Part shown: piece after piece, positions 40,439 through 49,946 of the stretch | Layout: every line of letters starts with the position of its first letter | Position numbering within the stretch: position 1 is the first letter of the stretch | DNA from: an uncultured archaeon | Lineage (GTDB): Archaea > Asgardarchaeota > Hermodarchaeia > Hermodarchaeales > Hermodarchaeaceae | Assembly: GCA_964347045.1 (NCBI GenBank) | Contig: CAYFXC010000001.1 | Span: 32,001-96,000, forward strand | Length of the DNA stretch: 64,000 nucleotides | Direction of reading: 5' to 3' | Translations under genes and position numbers: made by a program | Notes under the pieces: model-generated | What the model was told of the DNA's origin: nothing | The model's input: only the letters and a program-made list of their open reading frames with translations | Database searches by the model: none

Positions 40439-41758
40439 TTGGATGTGTTGGATCTGAGTGAACTTGATCGATTAGTCGAGAGAACACAAAAATTTGATGA
40501 ACAGATGCTATCGAAATGGGGCTTCAAAAATGAACGCATCGAACTCTTTGGAATAGATTCAGCGGAATTGTACGTAGTTCCGGAAGAAGAAGCCCTTGCA
40601 ATTAAACGAGCTGTCAATTACCTTCGAAATCAAACTGCGAGCGTAGTTGTTTCAGGTCCACTGGGTGCTGGAAAGACTACATTCTTAGAGATGATTCAAC
40701 AGTCACTCAATCGACTACCCAATGTACGCGCAATCCGCCTTGAAGGAGTTAGTTCTGCAGACGCACTTATTGATGATCTTGTCCATGCTAATCTTGGAGA
40801 ACAGACTGTTCGTAGCTTCTTGATTGAAAAAGTCGGTGTTAGAGTAGTTAGAAGCGGTTCAATAGCTAAACGGTTATCTCGTTTACTGTTGGCTCTTAGA
40901 ACAGACGCAGAAGAGAATGGAACCTCGTATGTTTTATTGATTGACGAATTTCGTCAACTGGAACGACAACGACCTGATAATCGTGTACGAATAGTTGATA
41001 CACTATTACGAATGGTGAATGACAAAACGAGGGATGGACGCCGTTATCTTGTTCTAGCATTAGCAGTGATCACCAGAGTTGGAGAAAGTGCAGTCAGAAC
41101 CATCGAACTCCTTTCATCTGTGGGAGAAACCTTGGGGCATGGAAGTAAGTCAGCAATTCGACGAAGATTTGTTGAGATTTATGATATGCGTAGGATGAAA
41201 AAAACTAGTGCAATGAAAGTAATGCTTTGGAGACTGGCCCATCTAAAGGGAGCTATGGATCAAATTAACAAAGAACCTGAAAAGAGTGTTGATATGAATT
41301 CATCAGAGATTAGAGATTTACTAAACCCATTCACTGCCGATGCGCTAGAAGCCATTTACAATTATTCAGGAGGAAATCCTGGAATTATGCTTGAACTAGT
41401 CTTAAGATGTCTTCAGGATGCAATTCGCGGTGCTGAAGTGTTAATCAATGATGGCTATTCAATGGAACAAGTATTAACAGTGTATCATATCGACTCAGAA
41501 TATGTTCAGCAGTTTGTTCAAAAAGAGGTAACTCGAGCACGAGCAGAATTTTCTAACTTCCAAACTAATCTCTTAGGCTTTTTATCTGTACCCCGGTCTC
41601 TTGATGAAATTGAAACATGGCTGCAGAGCCAGGAACGTTCATGGGAAAGCGTGTTGGAAGATTTCGACTTATTTGAAAAACAAGGACTCATTTACAGCCC
41701 TGAAGCAGGGCAGATACAAGCCACTGAACTATGGACAAAAGGATCCACATTTGTTTAG
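40439..41758 (+). CDS. AAA+ ATPase (ExeA/AAA_22-like) with probable C-terminal winged helix
   Basis: GPLGAGKT Walker A, LLIDE Walker B, PFT..A...I...SGGNP lid. Confidence 0.8.
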   Translation: MDVLDLSELDRLVERTQKFDEQMLSKWGFKNERIELFGIDSAELYVVPEEEALAIKRAVNYLRNQTASVVVSGPLGAGKTTFLEMIQQSLNRLPNVRAIRLEGVSSADALIDDLVHANLGEQTVRSFLIEKVGVRVVRSGSIAKRLSRLLLALRTDAEENGTSYVLLIDEFRQLERQRPDNRVRIVDTLLRMVNDKTRDGRRYLVLALAVITRVGESAVRTIELLSSVGETLGHGSKSAIRRRFVEIYDMRRMKKTSAMKVMLWRLAHLKGAMDQINKEPEKSVDMNSSEIRDLLNPFTADALEAIYNYSGGNPGIMLELVLRCLQDAIRGAEVLINDGYSMEQVLTVYHIDSEYVQQFVQKEVTRARAEFSNFQTNLLGFLSVPRSLDEIETWLQSQERSWESVLEDFDLFEKQGLIYSPEAGQIQATELWTKGSTFV

Positions 41759-41770
41759 GGTGAGAACTAA

Positions 41771-42139
41771 ATGTCAGCAACTGATCTTATCAGGGAACGA
41801 ATGAAAAAGGAAAAAGATCAAAAACCGAAAACTCAGGAGAAAAAGCAATCAGCTGAAACTCGGGAAATCGAATTAGAAGAACTGTCAACAAGAGTTGGAG
41901 ACTCCGGATTGAAGCGGCTGCGAATCGAAAGCGAATACGAAGGACGCCGAACAATAAGTGCAAGTGTACCTGCTTGGATTAAAGCAGCTTTAGATTTCGT
42001 AGCATTGGCTGCGACGAAGGCAGGTCATGGCCAATATGGCGGTTTTGGTGGAAAATCACGATTTATTGCTGAGGCACTTGGAGAGAAACTAAAATCAGAT
42101 TTTCCTGAGGTTTATAAGAAACTTCAACGTGAAAGCTAG
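41771..42139 (+). CDS. SegB-like ribbon-helix-helix DNA-binding protein
   Basis: Charged flexible N-terminal tail; RTISASVP strand; KSRFIAEALGEKLKSDFPEVY resembles the Sulfolobus SegB C-terminus as recalled. Confidence 0.65.
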   Translation: MSATDLIRERMKKEKDQKPKTQEKKQSAETREIELEELSTRVGDSGLKRLRIESEYEGRRTISASVPAWIKAALDFVALAATKAGHGQYGGFGGKSRFIAEALGEKLKSDFPEVYKKLQRES

Positions 42140-42278
42140 ACAGCTCAACCTAGTGAAATAATTAATTTCATTAAAATTAATGAAATTATTGAAGTAATCG
42201 GTTTTATTCTGTTTCTAATTAATTTTAGAGTGAGCACTGTAATAAGATAGATTAGATTAGCTCTAAAGGTGAATTAAA

Positions 42279-42857
42279 TTGATACCCAATGATGTCAGAC
42301 GGGTTTGCGTGATTTCTTTTGATTTCAAACAACACAAAGGGGTGAACCAAACGCGAAAGACACGATTCTTTAGAGAACTCTATGGTTATACCCAACAAAT
42401 TAAACAACAACTAAAGGATGGCGAAATCGTTGTACGAACTTACCATTATCCTGGAGTTCTAGAACAATTGCCCTATACTAAACTTGGAAAAAGCGTATTA
42501 GCCGTCCCACCTGGAAATGAGGGTACAATTATCAAATTGCTCCGTGCCTATGATGAAGTAGAATTCTATTACTTCATTGGATGGTTGCCAACATCTCTTT
42601 GGCCAAGAAAAGATGATGTTGAAGCTATTACGGTTAACAACCTAATTGTAACGCATGGGTATCTTTCAATTGTAAAATACATACAGAATTCTGGGATGGA
42701 AATCATCCAGCATTCCGATCTTCTTGACGCTGGATTTGATATGAATTACCTCAGCCAGGCTGTTCAATATCTTACTAATAAAAAACTCCTCACAGAAACC
42801 CAAAACGAATTAAAATTAACGAGTAAAGGAAAACAGATCATAAGTCAAGTTGAATAA
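42279..42857 (+). CDS. Hypothetical protein: Cas2/VapD/PaaX-like N-terminal domain plus C-terminal wH
   Basis: VISFD...RFFRELYGY...YPGVL...LGKSV; LT.KGK wH end. Confidence 0.55.
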   Translation: MIPNDVRRVCVISFDFKQHKGVNQTRKTRFFRELYGYTQQIKQQLKDGEIVVRTYHYPGVLEQLPYTKLGKSVLAVPPGNEGTIIKLLRAYDEVEFYYFIGWLPTSLWPRKDDVEAITVNNLIVTHGYLSIVKYIQNSGMEIIQHSDLLDAGFDMNYLSQAVQYLTNKKLLTETQNELKLTSKGKQIISQVE

Positions 42858-42907
42858 CTCAAAAAAAGCCAATAGATTCATGTATTCAATGAGTTCAATG
42901 AAATTAT

Positions 42908-43498
42908 TCATTCAGGTTTGAGAGCTAGTGGCTGCGCAAGGGCCTCTATCAGCTGTAAAATCCTGTCTTGCGTCTGTTTAAGACTACTTAGATGAGTGGG
43001 GGTTGGTTTTTCTTTATTTGTCGCAACAATGTCATACTCACGTGCGTATCTTCGAATATCCTCCGCGAGATCCTGATATCGCATTAAAGAGGGCGTATCA
43101 AATAGACCTAAGTATCCTAGGAGAACCAGGGTGAAAACAGATTTTGAAACATTTCGACGGGCCTGGGCAAGTGATCGGTTGAACGCTCCTCTACTAACAC
43201 CGCCAAGTTTTCGTGCTGTTGTTTTTTGATCTCTTAAAGATGCTTTAGTCTGATAATCGATTCGTTTTCCACCAAAACCATCAAGAAGATAATCCAGAAC
43301 TAAGGTTTCAAGCTGAACCTGGGATAACTGGCTATTTTTAGCTAACATTTGAGTAATTGGGTCTTGGAGCATTCTACGCGCCCAAGAGCGCGTCTCCGCG
43401 ATTTCGTTTTTTTGCGGCAAATACCTATCTCCATGGATACAGTTTTGTATACGTAATAACGCTGCTCTTAAAAACTCGTTGGTGTTTAAAACTTTCAA
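42908..43498 (-). CDS. Conserved archaeal HTH-like protein (SegC-like candidate)
   Basis: NSQLSQVQLETL...SRGAFNRSLAQARRN...TLVLLGYLGL. Confidence 0.55.
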   Translation of the reverse strand: MKVLNTNEFLRAALLRIQNCIHGDRYLPQKNEIAETRSWARRMLQDPITQMLAKNSQLSQVQLETLVLDYLLDGFGGKRIDYQTKASLRDQKTTARKLGGVSRGAFNRSLAQARRNVSKSVFTLVLLGYLGLFDTPSLMRYQDLAEDIRRYAREYDIVATNKEKPTPTHLSSLKQTQDRILQLIEALAQPLALKPE

Positions 43499-43624
43499 CT
43501 ATTGGTCAAAAAAGATTAATTTATTCAATAATTTCATTGAACTCATTGATAAAGAAAGTAGTCTTTAAGATAAAATGAGGTTTTTATCCTTCTAGCGTAT
43601 TCTGAATAAGTGGTGGTTTAGGAA

Positions 43625-44305
43625 ATGTCTGGGCGAAATCTTATACCATCAGGTATTCCTTCTCTGGATGAGGTAATGGGAGGTGGGATTGGTGCCGGTG
43701 AGATTCTTCAAATCTTTGGACCTGGTGGAGTTGGAAAAACGACCCTTGCATTACAGTATACAATTAAAGCTACTCAAAATGGGAATCGGGTTTTCTATGT
43801 AAATTTAGAAGGTAAATTCCCGCTAGTTCGATTGAAGCAAATGACTTCTACTGAATTCAGTAAAATTTCTCCCTTGATTACAATTGTATCTCCAGGGAGT
43901 TTTCATGAACAATCAAAATTCGTTTCCAACCTTGATTCCTTACTATCACCAGATGTCACGCTATTGGTGTTTGACACCATTGTGTCCCATTATCGAAAGG
44001 AATATGGTTCTAATACAAATAACGTGATGTTGAATCGTAAACTGAATCAACAGTTTGGGCTCGTTGCCAGTGCAGCTCGATCTTCCAATCTTTCTGTTAT
44101 TATGGTTAATCAAGTTCGCGGGGATATTAGCAACGGAGATCACTTTCTGCCTGTTGCTGAATCAGTTACATCCTATTGGAGTACCTATAGTTTACAAATC
44201 ACTAGAGCTGAATCTAAGGGCTACAGAGAATTTAAGTTGACAAAGGGCAAAGAATCTGAATCTACAATTTTGGTGATGAGCTTACAATCATCAGGATTTA
44301 GATAA
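43625..44305 (+). CDS. radB: RadB/Rad51-paralogue ATPase
   Basis: SGI.SLD..MGGG, GPGGVGKT, VFDT...YR, NQV. Confidence 0.82.
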   Translation: MSGRNLIPSGIPSLDEVMGGGIGAGEILQIFGPGGVGKTTLALQYTIKATQNGNRVFYVNLEGKFPLVRLKQMTSTEFSKISPLITIVSPGSFHEQSKFVSNLDSLLSPDVTLLVFDTIVSHYRKEYGSNTNNVMLNRKLNQQFGLVASAARSSNLSVIMVNQVRGDISNGDHFLPVAESVTSYWSTYSLQITRAESKGYREFKLTKGKESESTILVMSLQSSGFR

Positions 44306-44315
44306 CCGTTACAAG

Positions 44316-44891
44316 ATGACCATAATGTCTCATCCAATCCTTCTGCTTCTTGGCTTTTGGTATGTTCTTCCGGCATATATCGCAAATGGATTTGCAGTAT
44401 TTGCTAAATTTGCCAAATCCCGACACCCAATAGATGGCGATCGTTTTTTACGAGATAGCCAACCACTGTTTGGTCCCGGGAAGACTTGGGAAGGATTTCT
44501 AATTGGTTTTATTTCTGGGGTTCTCATTGGTCTCCTTCAAGTAGTAGCAGCACCATACCTTCTTGCTTTGATTGTTCAATACTTGTATCTTCCTCCGGAG
44601 TTAGTACCTATTGTATTGGTAACTGTTCCGTTAGTGATGTTGGTTGCGTTAGGTGCACTCTTGGGTGATCTCATTGGCTCATTCATCAAACGACGTATGA
44701 AAATCACTCGAGGTCGACCAGCACCAATACTTGATCAACTTGATTTTCTTCTTATGGCGATGCTTCTTGGTGCTCTAGTAATACCAATTCCTTTGGTTAT
44801 CGCTATCTTCTTACTAATCGTGACTCCTTTAATTCATCTCCTTGCTAATATCATTGGCTATTTTCTCGGGTTGAAAAAAGAACCTTGGTAA
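44316..44891 (+). CDS. carS: CDP-archaeol synthase
   Basis: PAYIANG, PIDG, GKTWEG, GDLIGSFIKRR, LDQLDF, KKEPW. Confidence 0.95.
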   Translation: MTIMSHPILLLLGFWYVLPAYIANGFAVFAKFAKSRHPIDGDRFLRDSQPLFGPGKTWEGFLIGFISGVLIGLLQVVAAPYLLALIVQYLYLPPELVPIVLVTVPLVMLVALGALLGDLIGSFIKRRMKITRGRPAPILDQLDFLLMAMLLGALVIPIPLVIAIFLLIVTPLIHLLANIIGYFLGLKKEPW

Positions 44892-44930
44892 CCAAATAAT
44901 GGAAACCTAATCTTTAGGGAAAACCATTTA

Positions 44931-45365
44931 CTATCCAAGTAAGGAAGCCAGTCGTAACTTTTCAGTGATTAGCCATTGACAGGTAAAGAATGAGATTAGA
45001 ATTAGAACCAACCCTATTGAAAGCATCATCTGAGAGTATCGCGGTCTGTAAATGTTCCTAGTACTTTGGTACATTAGATAGAAGCCTGCAAATCCTACAA
45101 AATAGAGAACGCCACCAACTATTCCCTCAATCAAAAGTTGGCGGTGTATTCCTGGGTACAGCGTAAGAATTCCTTCACCTGTGTCAATTACAGGCTGGGT
45201 TTCGTATGAGAGTACAAACATTCCTCCGCTCACTACAAAGTAATACACTACTAATATCACAGCGAATATTATCCACTTGGAGGGCATACGAAGTTCGCCA
45301 AATTGGGGCCTTCGAAGTTTTAGCCGTGGTTTTCGAATGAATTTCGGCCACCAAAGGTCTGACAT
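44931..45365 (-). CDS. Oligosaccharyltransferase subunit OSTC/DC2 (OST3/OST6 family)
   Basis: P.LKLRRP...MPS...Y..V.GG...Q..IEG aligns with eukaryotic OSTC as recalled; three TM helices. Confidence 0.85.
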   Translation of the reverse strand: MSDLWWPKFIRKPRLKLRRPQFGELRMPSKWIIFAVILVVYYFVVSGGMFVLSYETQPVIDTGEGILTLYPGIHRQLLIEGIVGGVLYFVGFAGFYLMYQSTRNIYRPRYSQMMLSIGLVLILISFFTCQWLITEKLRLASLLG

Positions 45366-45473
45366 CTATTCACCAACATAGGCTAGTGGACCTGATTTAG
45401 ACCATACGAACTCTATATATTCTTTACTCTCGTATCCCCTCACTAGGTAAAATGGCGAGAAAGGGATTAGTGT

Positions 45474-46010
45474 ATGGGTCACCAAAAACCAGTTTCAGGA
45501 ATGCGTGCAACACTACTTTTTTTACTTTATCCACTCGTTGGAGAATTACTGTTCATTGATACAATAATTAAAGACAAATATGCGCGTCGGCGTATACGTG
45601 CAGTATTCACCCTTGTGGTATTGGCTACCGCCGCGATTAGCTTTGCTGCCGCAGAGCTTATTCTTTTAATCACAGGTGGCACCCTTTCAAATCCGATATT
45701 GTCCATGCCTATTCGTTACACGATAACCGGCATTACAACCCTTGTGTTTCTTATTCTTTTCCTCGATGAGGGTCGGAGAGGACGAATTTCCTTAAAAGAG
45801 CAAATCGACGTTCCTGAAGATCGCATCTCGTTACTCGTTAATGACTCACGTGACATTTTCATTACGCTTAATCGGATTCTTAACGCTGCACAACTTCGTA
45901 GACATAATTCCCCTGAATGCGAAAACTCTCGTTTAGCCAGCTATGCTTTAACCGTATTAGGCGAATATCTCCAAACACGCGTCTTCTCAGAAACCTCAAA
46001 TGAAACCTGA
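45474..46010 (+). CDS. Hypothetical membrane protein
   Basis: Two to three hydrophobic segments; no family recognised. Confidence 0.55.
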   Translation: MGHQKPVSGMRATLLFLLYPLVGELLFIDTIIKDKYARRRIRAVFTLVVLATAAISFAAAELILLITGGTLSNPILSMPIRYTITGITTLVFLILFLDEGRRGRISLKEQIDVPEDRISLLVNDSRDIFITLNRILNAAQLRRHNSPECENSRLASYALTVLGEYLQTRVFSETSNET

Positions 46011-46130
46011 ATTGTCATTCAACAAATCTCTGAAATTCCACCTGAGAGCGCAGTTCACTTATCTTCAACTCTGTCTGCTCTTTTATTACACGCGCTCAAT
46101 GTTCAAAACACAGCAAACGGAGAACACAGG

Positions 46131-47351
46131 ATGGAGATCATTCGGCATGAGTTACAGCGCCCATCTGTCTTCATCGATGAGGCGAAGTTGTCCATCGATT
46201 ATGTTCCTCCCCACCTTCCTCATCGTGAGGAACATCTACGCAAGTTAACTCAGTTGTTTCGCGGTGTAATCGAGACGCCTGGTCGGGTGTCGCAAAAAGT
46301 GCTAATTGTTGGTGATACTGGGTCAGGAAAAACCTCTGTAACAAAGCTCTTTGGAAAACTACTAGGTGAGATCGCACAGAGTCATGGGTTTAATCTAGTA
46401 TATGTGCATGTTAATGCGCGCCGTGAACGAACGGAATACATGATTCTGAATAAGATTCTCTCAGCGTTTCAGACAGGTATTCCGCTCCGGGGGCTATCAA
46501 CGCAAGAACTCCTTTCAATAATTCTGGAGTATATTGAATCAAATAATCTCTATCTGCTCGTAACACTGGATGAACTCGGTGTTTTTCTTCAACGTCGTGG
46601 GGAAGAGCTACTCTATTTGTTATCACGCACCGTCGATGATCAACTCAATGCCCAACAGCGTATCTCCCTAATTGGGATAAGCCGTAGTCCATTGTTTGGC
46701 TACATTCTTGATTCGAGTACATGGAGCACGCTTCAGAAGAATATGTTGCGATTTGACCGTTATAATTCCTGTCAACTTCGGGACATCCTGAATTTTCGGG
46801 TAAAAGAGGCAGTGTTGGACGGGGCAGTTCCATCTAGCACAATCGATTTGATAGCTGACATAGCGAGTGCCTCTGGAGACGCACGCTTCGCCTTAGAAGT
46901 GTTGTACAATGCAGGTAAAGTGGCCGATGAAAAGGGCGTGCTTCGCATATTGCCCGAATATGTACGAAGTGCGAAGGCTTTCATTACGCCTGAGATACGA
47001 CGAGAAGTCCTCGTGGATTTGTCAACGCATCGAATTCTCCTTCTGCTTGCCGTTTGCAGATTATTGAAGTCCTCAGAAGATGCCTATGTCACTACTGGCG
47101 CACTTGAAGCGCGCTATGGGCTTGTCTGCGAAGAATATGTCCAGCCTCCTCGGTCTCACACTCAAATTTGGACATACATTCAAGACCTTGTTGGATTAGG
47201 AGTTCTCGCTACGAAGATTTCCAGTATTGGACAACGTGGGAAAACTACTCTAATCAGCCTGCCTGACGTTCCTGCCTCCGTCTTAGAACGTGAACTAGAA
47301 CTACTTCTTGAAAGAAGGAAAGTGGGTGTAAAACGTGATGGAAGAACCTAA
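46131..47351 (+). CDS. cdc6: Second Orc1/Cdc6 paralogue
   Basis: YVP..LPHRE, GDTGSGKT, LDE, GDAR.AL, RGKTTLI. Confidence 0.93.
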   Translation: MEIIRHELQRPSVFIDEAKLSIDYVPPHLPHREEHLRKLTQLFRGVIETPGRVSQKVLIVGDTGSGKTSVTKLFGKLLGEIAQSHGFNLVYVHVNARRERTEYMILNKILSAFQTGIPLRGLSTQELLSIILEYIESNNLYLLVTLDELGVFLQRRGEELLYLLSRTVDDQLNAQQRISLIGISRSPLFGYILDSSTWSTLQKNMLRFDRYNSCQLRDILNFRVKEAVLDGAVPSSTIDLIADIASASGDARFALEVLYNAGKVADEKGVLRILPEYVRSAKAFITPEIRREVLVDLSTHRILLLLAVCRLLKSSEDAYVTTGALEARYGLVCEEYVQPPRSHTQIWTYIQDLVGLGVLATKISSIGQRGKTTLISLPDVPASVLERELELLLERRKVGVKRDGRT

Positions 47352-47655
47352 CACTCCACTTCTTGGTCCACTATCGGATGATCGACCTATTTCCGTTGAG
47401 ATTCTCTTTTCCTCCCGCGGGCGAATTAGGATTATTCGTCTTCTAGCTGAGTGCGGAGAATTGAACATCTCTGAGATCGCTAGGAGAACTCAGCTGAATC
47501 ATAGTACAACGCGAAGACATCTTCAACTTCTAGAACGTGCAAAACTTGTTCAGGAGAAGACGTTTGGTCGAATTCGGATATATCGCTACAAGATTGAGAA
47601 TCTTCGGGCTCTAGCCCTTCGAAGGTTTATCGAACTATGGGAAAAATCCGAGTGA
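47335..47655 (+). CDS. ArsR-like wHTH protein coupled to cdc6
   Basis: LFSSRGRIRI...ELNISEIARR. Confidence 0.82.
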   Translation: MMEEPNTPLLGPLSDDRPISVEILFSSRGRIRIIRLLAECGELNISEIARRTQLNHSTTRRHLQLLERAKLVQEKTFGRIRIYRYKIENLRALALRRFIELWEKSE

Positions 47656-47667
47656 AATGGGGGGGGG

Positions 47668-48897
47668 TTAGTCCTTCAGGATGAATTGAATTAGTTCCTC
47701 TGATAATTCTAAATCTCTTTTTATCAGTTCCTTCTGTGCTGGTATTCTAATTAGGGCTTTGAGAAGTGGTTTGTATTCTCTGTATGCTTTTTTAGCGGAG
47801 AGATGAACGATGGGAGAAAGAGTCTGACCGATTAGTGAGCGTTTTTGGCGTAGTCCCCGGGAGAATCCCATTTGTCTTATCCATTCTGGAAAACGGTATT
47901 CGGAGGGTTTTGATGTTGGTTTTCCACCCATTATTGAGCCAGAAAGACTCATGAGTTCCTTGGAGTATGGGAGAAATCTCCAATTTTGAGTTCGAGTGAT
48001 TCGACGATTGAAAATGCTGGCTCTAGATAGATATTCCCATCCTTTCTTTTGTTGTGATAAATCAGGAAAAACTACTGGGATGTTGTTACTAATCCATCGA
48101 ATTAGTTCGTCTGGGTATACATCTGTCTGGTTCGCCACAAAGATGGCATCTCTCCAAGTCTCTGCAAAAAAAATCCTTTCAAGAGCTGTATTGATATCGA
48201 TTCTTTGATCTCTTGTTCTTAAAAGATCGTTGACTCTTTTGGTAGTGATTTCTATTCCAGATTCTCCAAGTTTCTGCAAATCATTAATGGCTGCCCTTAA
48301 ATCTCCACGAGAGCTTGATGCAAGTAATTCTAATGTTGGTTCTTCGATTGTCAGGGATTCAGCAGCGCAGAGACTTTTGAGTTTCTTTATAATTTCCCGG
48401 TCAGTAATTGGTTCAAACTCAATAAATGTAGTTATTTTCAGTAAAGGTCGAATTTTGGAATCTGAAACATCATTAGTAATCAGAATAATTGGAACTTGTG
48501 TTTCTTGGATATTATCCTTGATAGCTGAGGCTGCTCCTCTATCTGACTTTCCACTTAATCCACCTAGTTCATCGATTAATACAATTCGTCCCCGTTTACC
48601 TGTGAGAGTTCCAGTCTTTGTAGAGGTTTTTAACAGCTCATTTATCATTTTCTTACTTCTTTTGACACTCGCATTGATCTCAAAAACCTCAAAATTAAAT
48701 TCATTCGCGATTGTATACACTGCGATTGTTTTTCCGACACCAGCTGGACCAAATAACATGAGTGCCCTTTGATTTCGAATTATGCCTTTGGGCCACTTAT
48801 GCAGCCACTCTGTGATTTTTGTAACTGCTGCCTTGTTACCCACAATTTCACTGATTTGTTGGGGTTTGTATTTTTCAACCCAAGGTTGGTTTTTCAT
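47668..48897 (-). CDS. rfcL: Replication factor C large subunit
   Basis: WVEKYKP, GPAGVGKT, EINAS, GDLRAAINDLQ. Confidence 0.92.
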   Translation of the reverse strand: MKNQPWVEKYKPQQISEIVGNKAAVTKITEWLHKWPKGIIRNQRALMLFGPAGVGKTIAVYTIANEFNFEVFEINASVKRSKKMINELLKTSTKTGTLTGKRGRIVLIDELGGLSGKSDRGAASAIKDNIQETQVPIILITNDVSDSKIRPLLKITTFIEFEPITDREIIKKLKSLCAAESLTIEEPTLELLASSSRGDLRAAINDLQKLGESGIEITTKRVNDLLRTRDQRIDINTALERIFFAETWRDAIFVANQTDVYPDELIRWISNNIPVVFPDLSQQKKGWEYLSRASIFNRRITRTQNWRFLPYSKELMSLSGSIMGGKPTSKPSEYRFPEWIRQMGFSRGLRQKRSLIGQTLSPIVHLSAKKAYREYKPLLKALIRIPAQKELIKRDLELSEELIQFILKD

Positions 48898-49868
48898 TTT
48901 TCAATATCACGTGATTGGGCTATTAATGCAAATCTTGCGAGGATGTGGCTCAATTGAATTTCCGGGTCAGCTCCTTCTGTTAATCGAAATTCAGCTTCAC
49001 CGACCATGTCTACCATCTGAACTTTGATCATTTCGTCAATGCCTAATTTCATAACTTCACGATGAACTTGCCTAATGATATCCGTTCCTGACAGTCCCTG
49101 CCAAATTAAGAGGTTTCTAAGTTTTTCTTGGGCTTCTATGAAATTACCGTTTAACGCTGATTGGAGCATTTGGCTGACATCTTCTGGACGTGCTTTTCCA
49201 GTTGTTGTGAATACCGCATCTGCATCAACTTGCTTTTCAATAACAGATGCAGCTTGAAGCACATTGATTGCCCGTCGTAAATCTCCTCCTGATACATAAA
49301 GAATCGCTTGAGTTCCCTCATCAGTTAATTTCACCTGTTCCTGCTTTGCGATGTAATCAATTCTCTTGGTTAATTCCTTTTCATTGAGTCGAGGAAATCT
49401 GAAAATTGCGCATCGCGATTGAATGGGATCAATTATTCGGCTTGAAAAATTAACGATTAGGCAGAATCTGCAACTGGAAACATATCGTTCCATAGTACGG
49501 CGAAGGGCATGTTGTGCATCTCGAGTCAGGTTATCGGCTTCATCTAATGATATAATCTTATAGGGGGCATTGCCCAAAGGACGAGTGCGTGCAAAGCTCT
49601 TAACACGATCTCGAATCACATCAATCCCTCGTGCATCCGAGGCGTTCAATTCGATAAAATTTCCTGTAAATTGATCGCCGTATAATTCATTGGCAAAAGC
49701 TATAATGGCGGTTGTTTTTCCGGTTCCTGCGGGGCCAGCGAAGAGGAGGTGTGGTAAATCGCGTTCTGTTAGGAATTTTTGTAATCGATCAATTATTGGC
49801 TTTTGACCGATGATCTCTTTAAGTTTCTTGGGTCGGTATTTCTCGGTCCACATCCAATGTTCTGACAT
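48894..49868 (-). CDS. rfcS: Replication factor C small subunit
   Basis: WTEKYRP, GPAGTGKT, ELNASD, IQSRC; no intein seen. Confidence 0.96.
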   Translation of the reverse strand: MSEHWMWTEKYRPKKLKEIIGQKPIIDRLQKFLTERDLPHLLFAGPAGTGKTTAIIAFANELYGDQFTGNFIELNASDARGIDVIRDRVKSFARTRPLGNAPYKIISLDEADNLTRDAQHALRRTMERYVSSCRFCLIVNFSSRIIDPIQSRCAIFRFPRLNEKELTKRIDYIAKQEQVKLTDEGTQAILYVSGGDLRRAINVLQAASVIEKQVDADAVFTTTGKARPEDVSQMLQSALNGNFIEAQEKLRNLLIWQGLSGTDIIRQVHREVMKLGIDEMIKVQMVDMVGEAEFRLTEGADPEIQLSHILARFALIAQSRDIEK

Positions 49869-49946
49869 GTTCCTTATAACCTCGAATAGAATGTAGGGAG
49901 TTCCTCGTTTAAGTTTTCGGCGGTATAAGAAACTTAATTCATTGGT

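Larger units (their letters stand above)
40342..43549. repeat. Dispersed 23-24 bp motif AATAATTTCATT(A/G)AA(C/T)TCATT at 40342-40365, 42163-42192, 42886-42908, 43527-43549 (degenerate copy at 37251-37278)
   Basis: Direct comparison; 42886-42908 and 43527-43549 are perfect 23-bp inverted copies. Confidence 0.85.

Noticed and set aside
42886-43549. IS/MITE bounded by perfect 23-bp terminal inverted repeats
   Set aside because: The enclosed gene is not transposase-like, no target-site duplication is evident, and the same motif recurs in neighbouring intergenic gaps.
40342-43549. CRISPR array
   Set aside because: The repeats are dispersed and in mixed orientation, with no regular spacers and no cas operon.
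48230-48772. 180-aa plus-strand ORF and the many other short antisense or nested ORFs in the track
   Set aside because: They lie opposite or within well-supported genes and have no recognisable motifs.
11070-49868. Inteins in atpA, rfcS, cdc6 or valS
   Set aside because: Protein lengths are normal and no intein splice motifs interrupt the conserved blocks.
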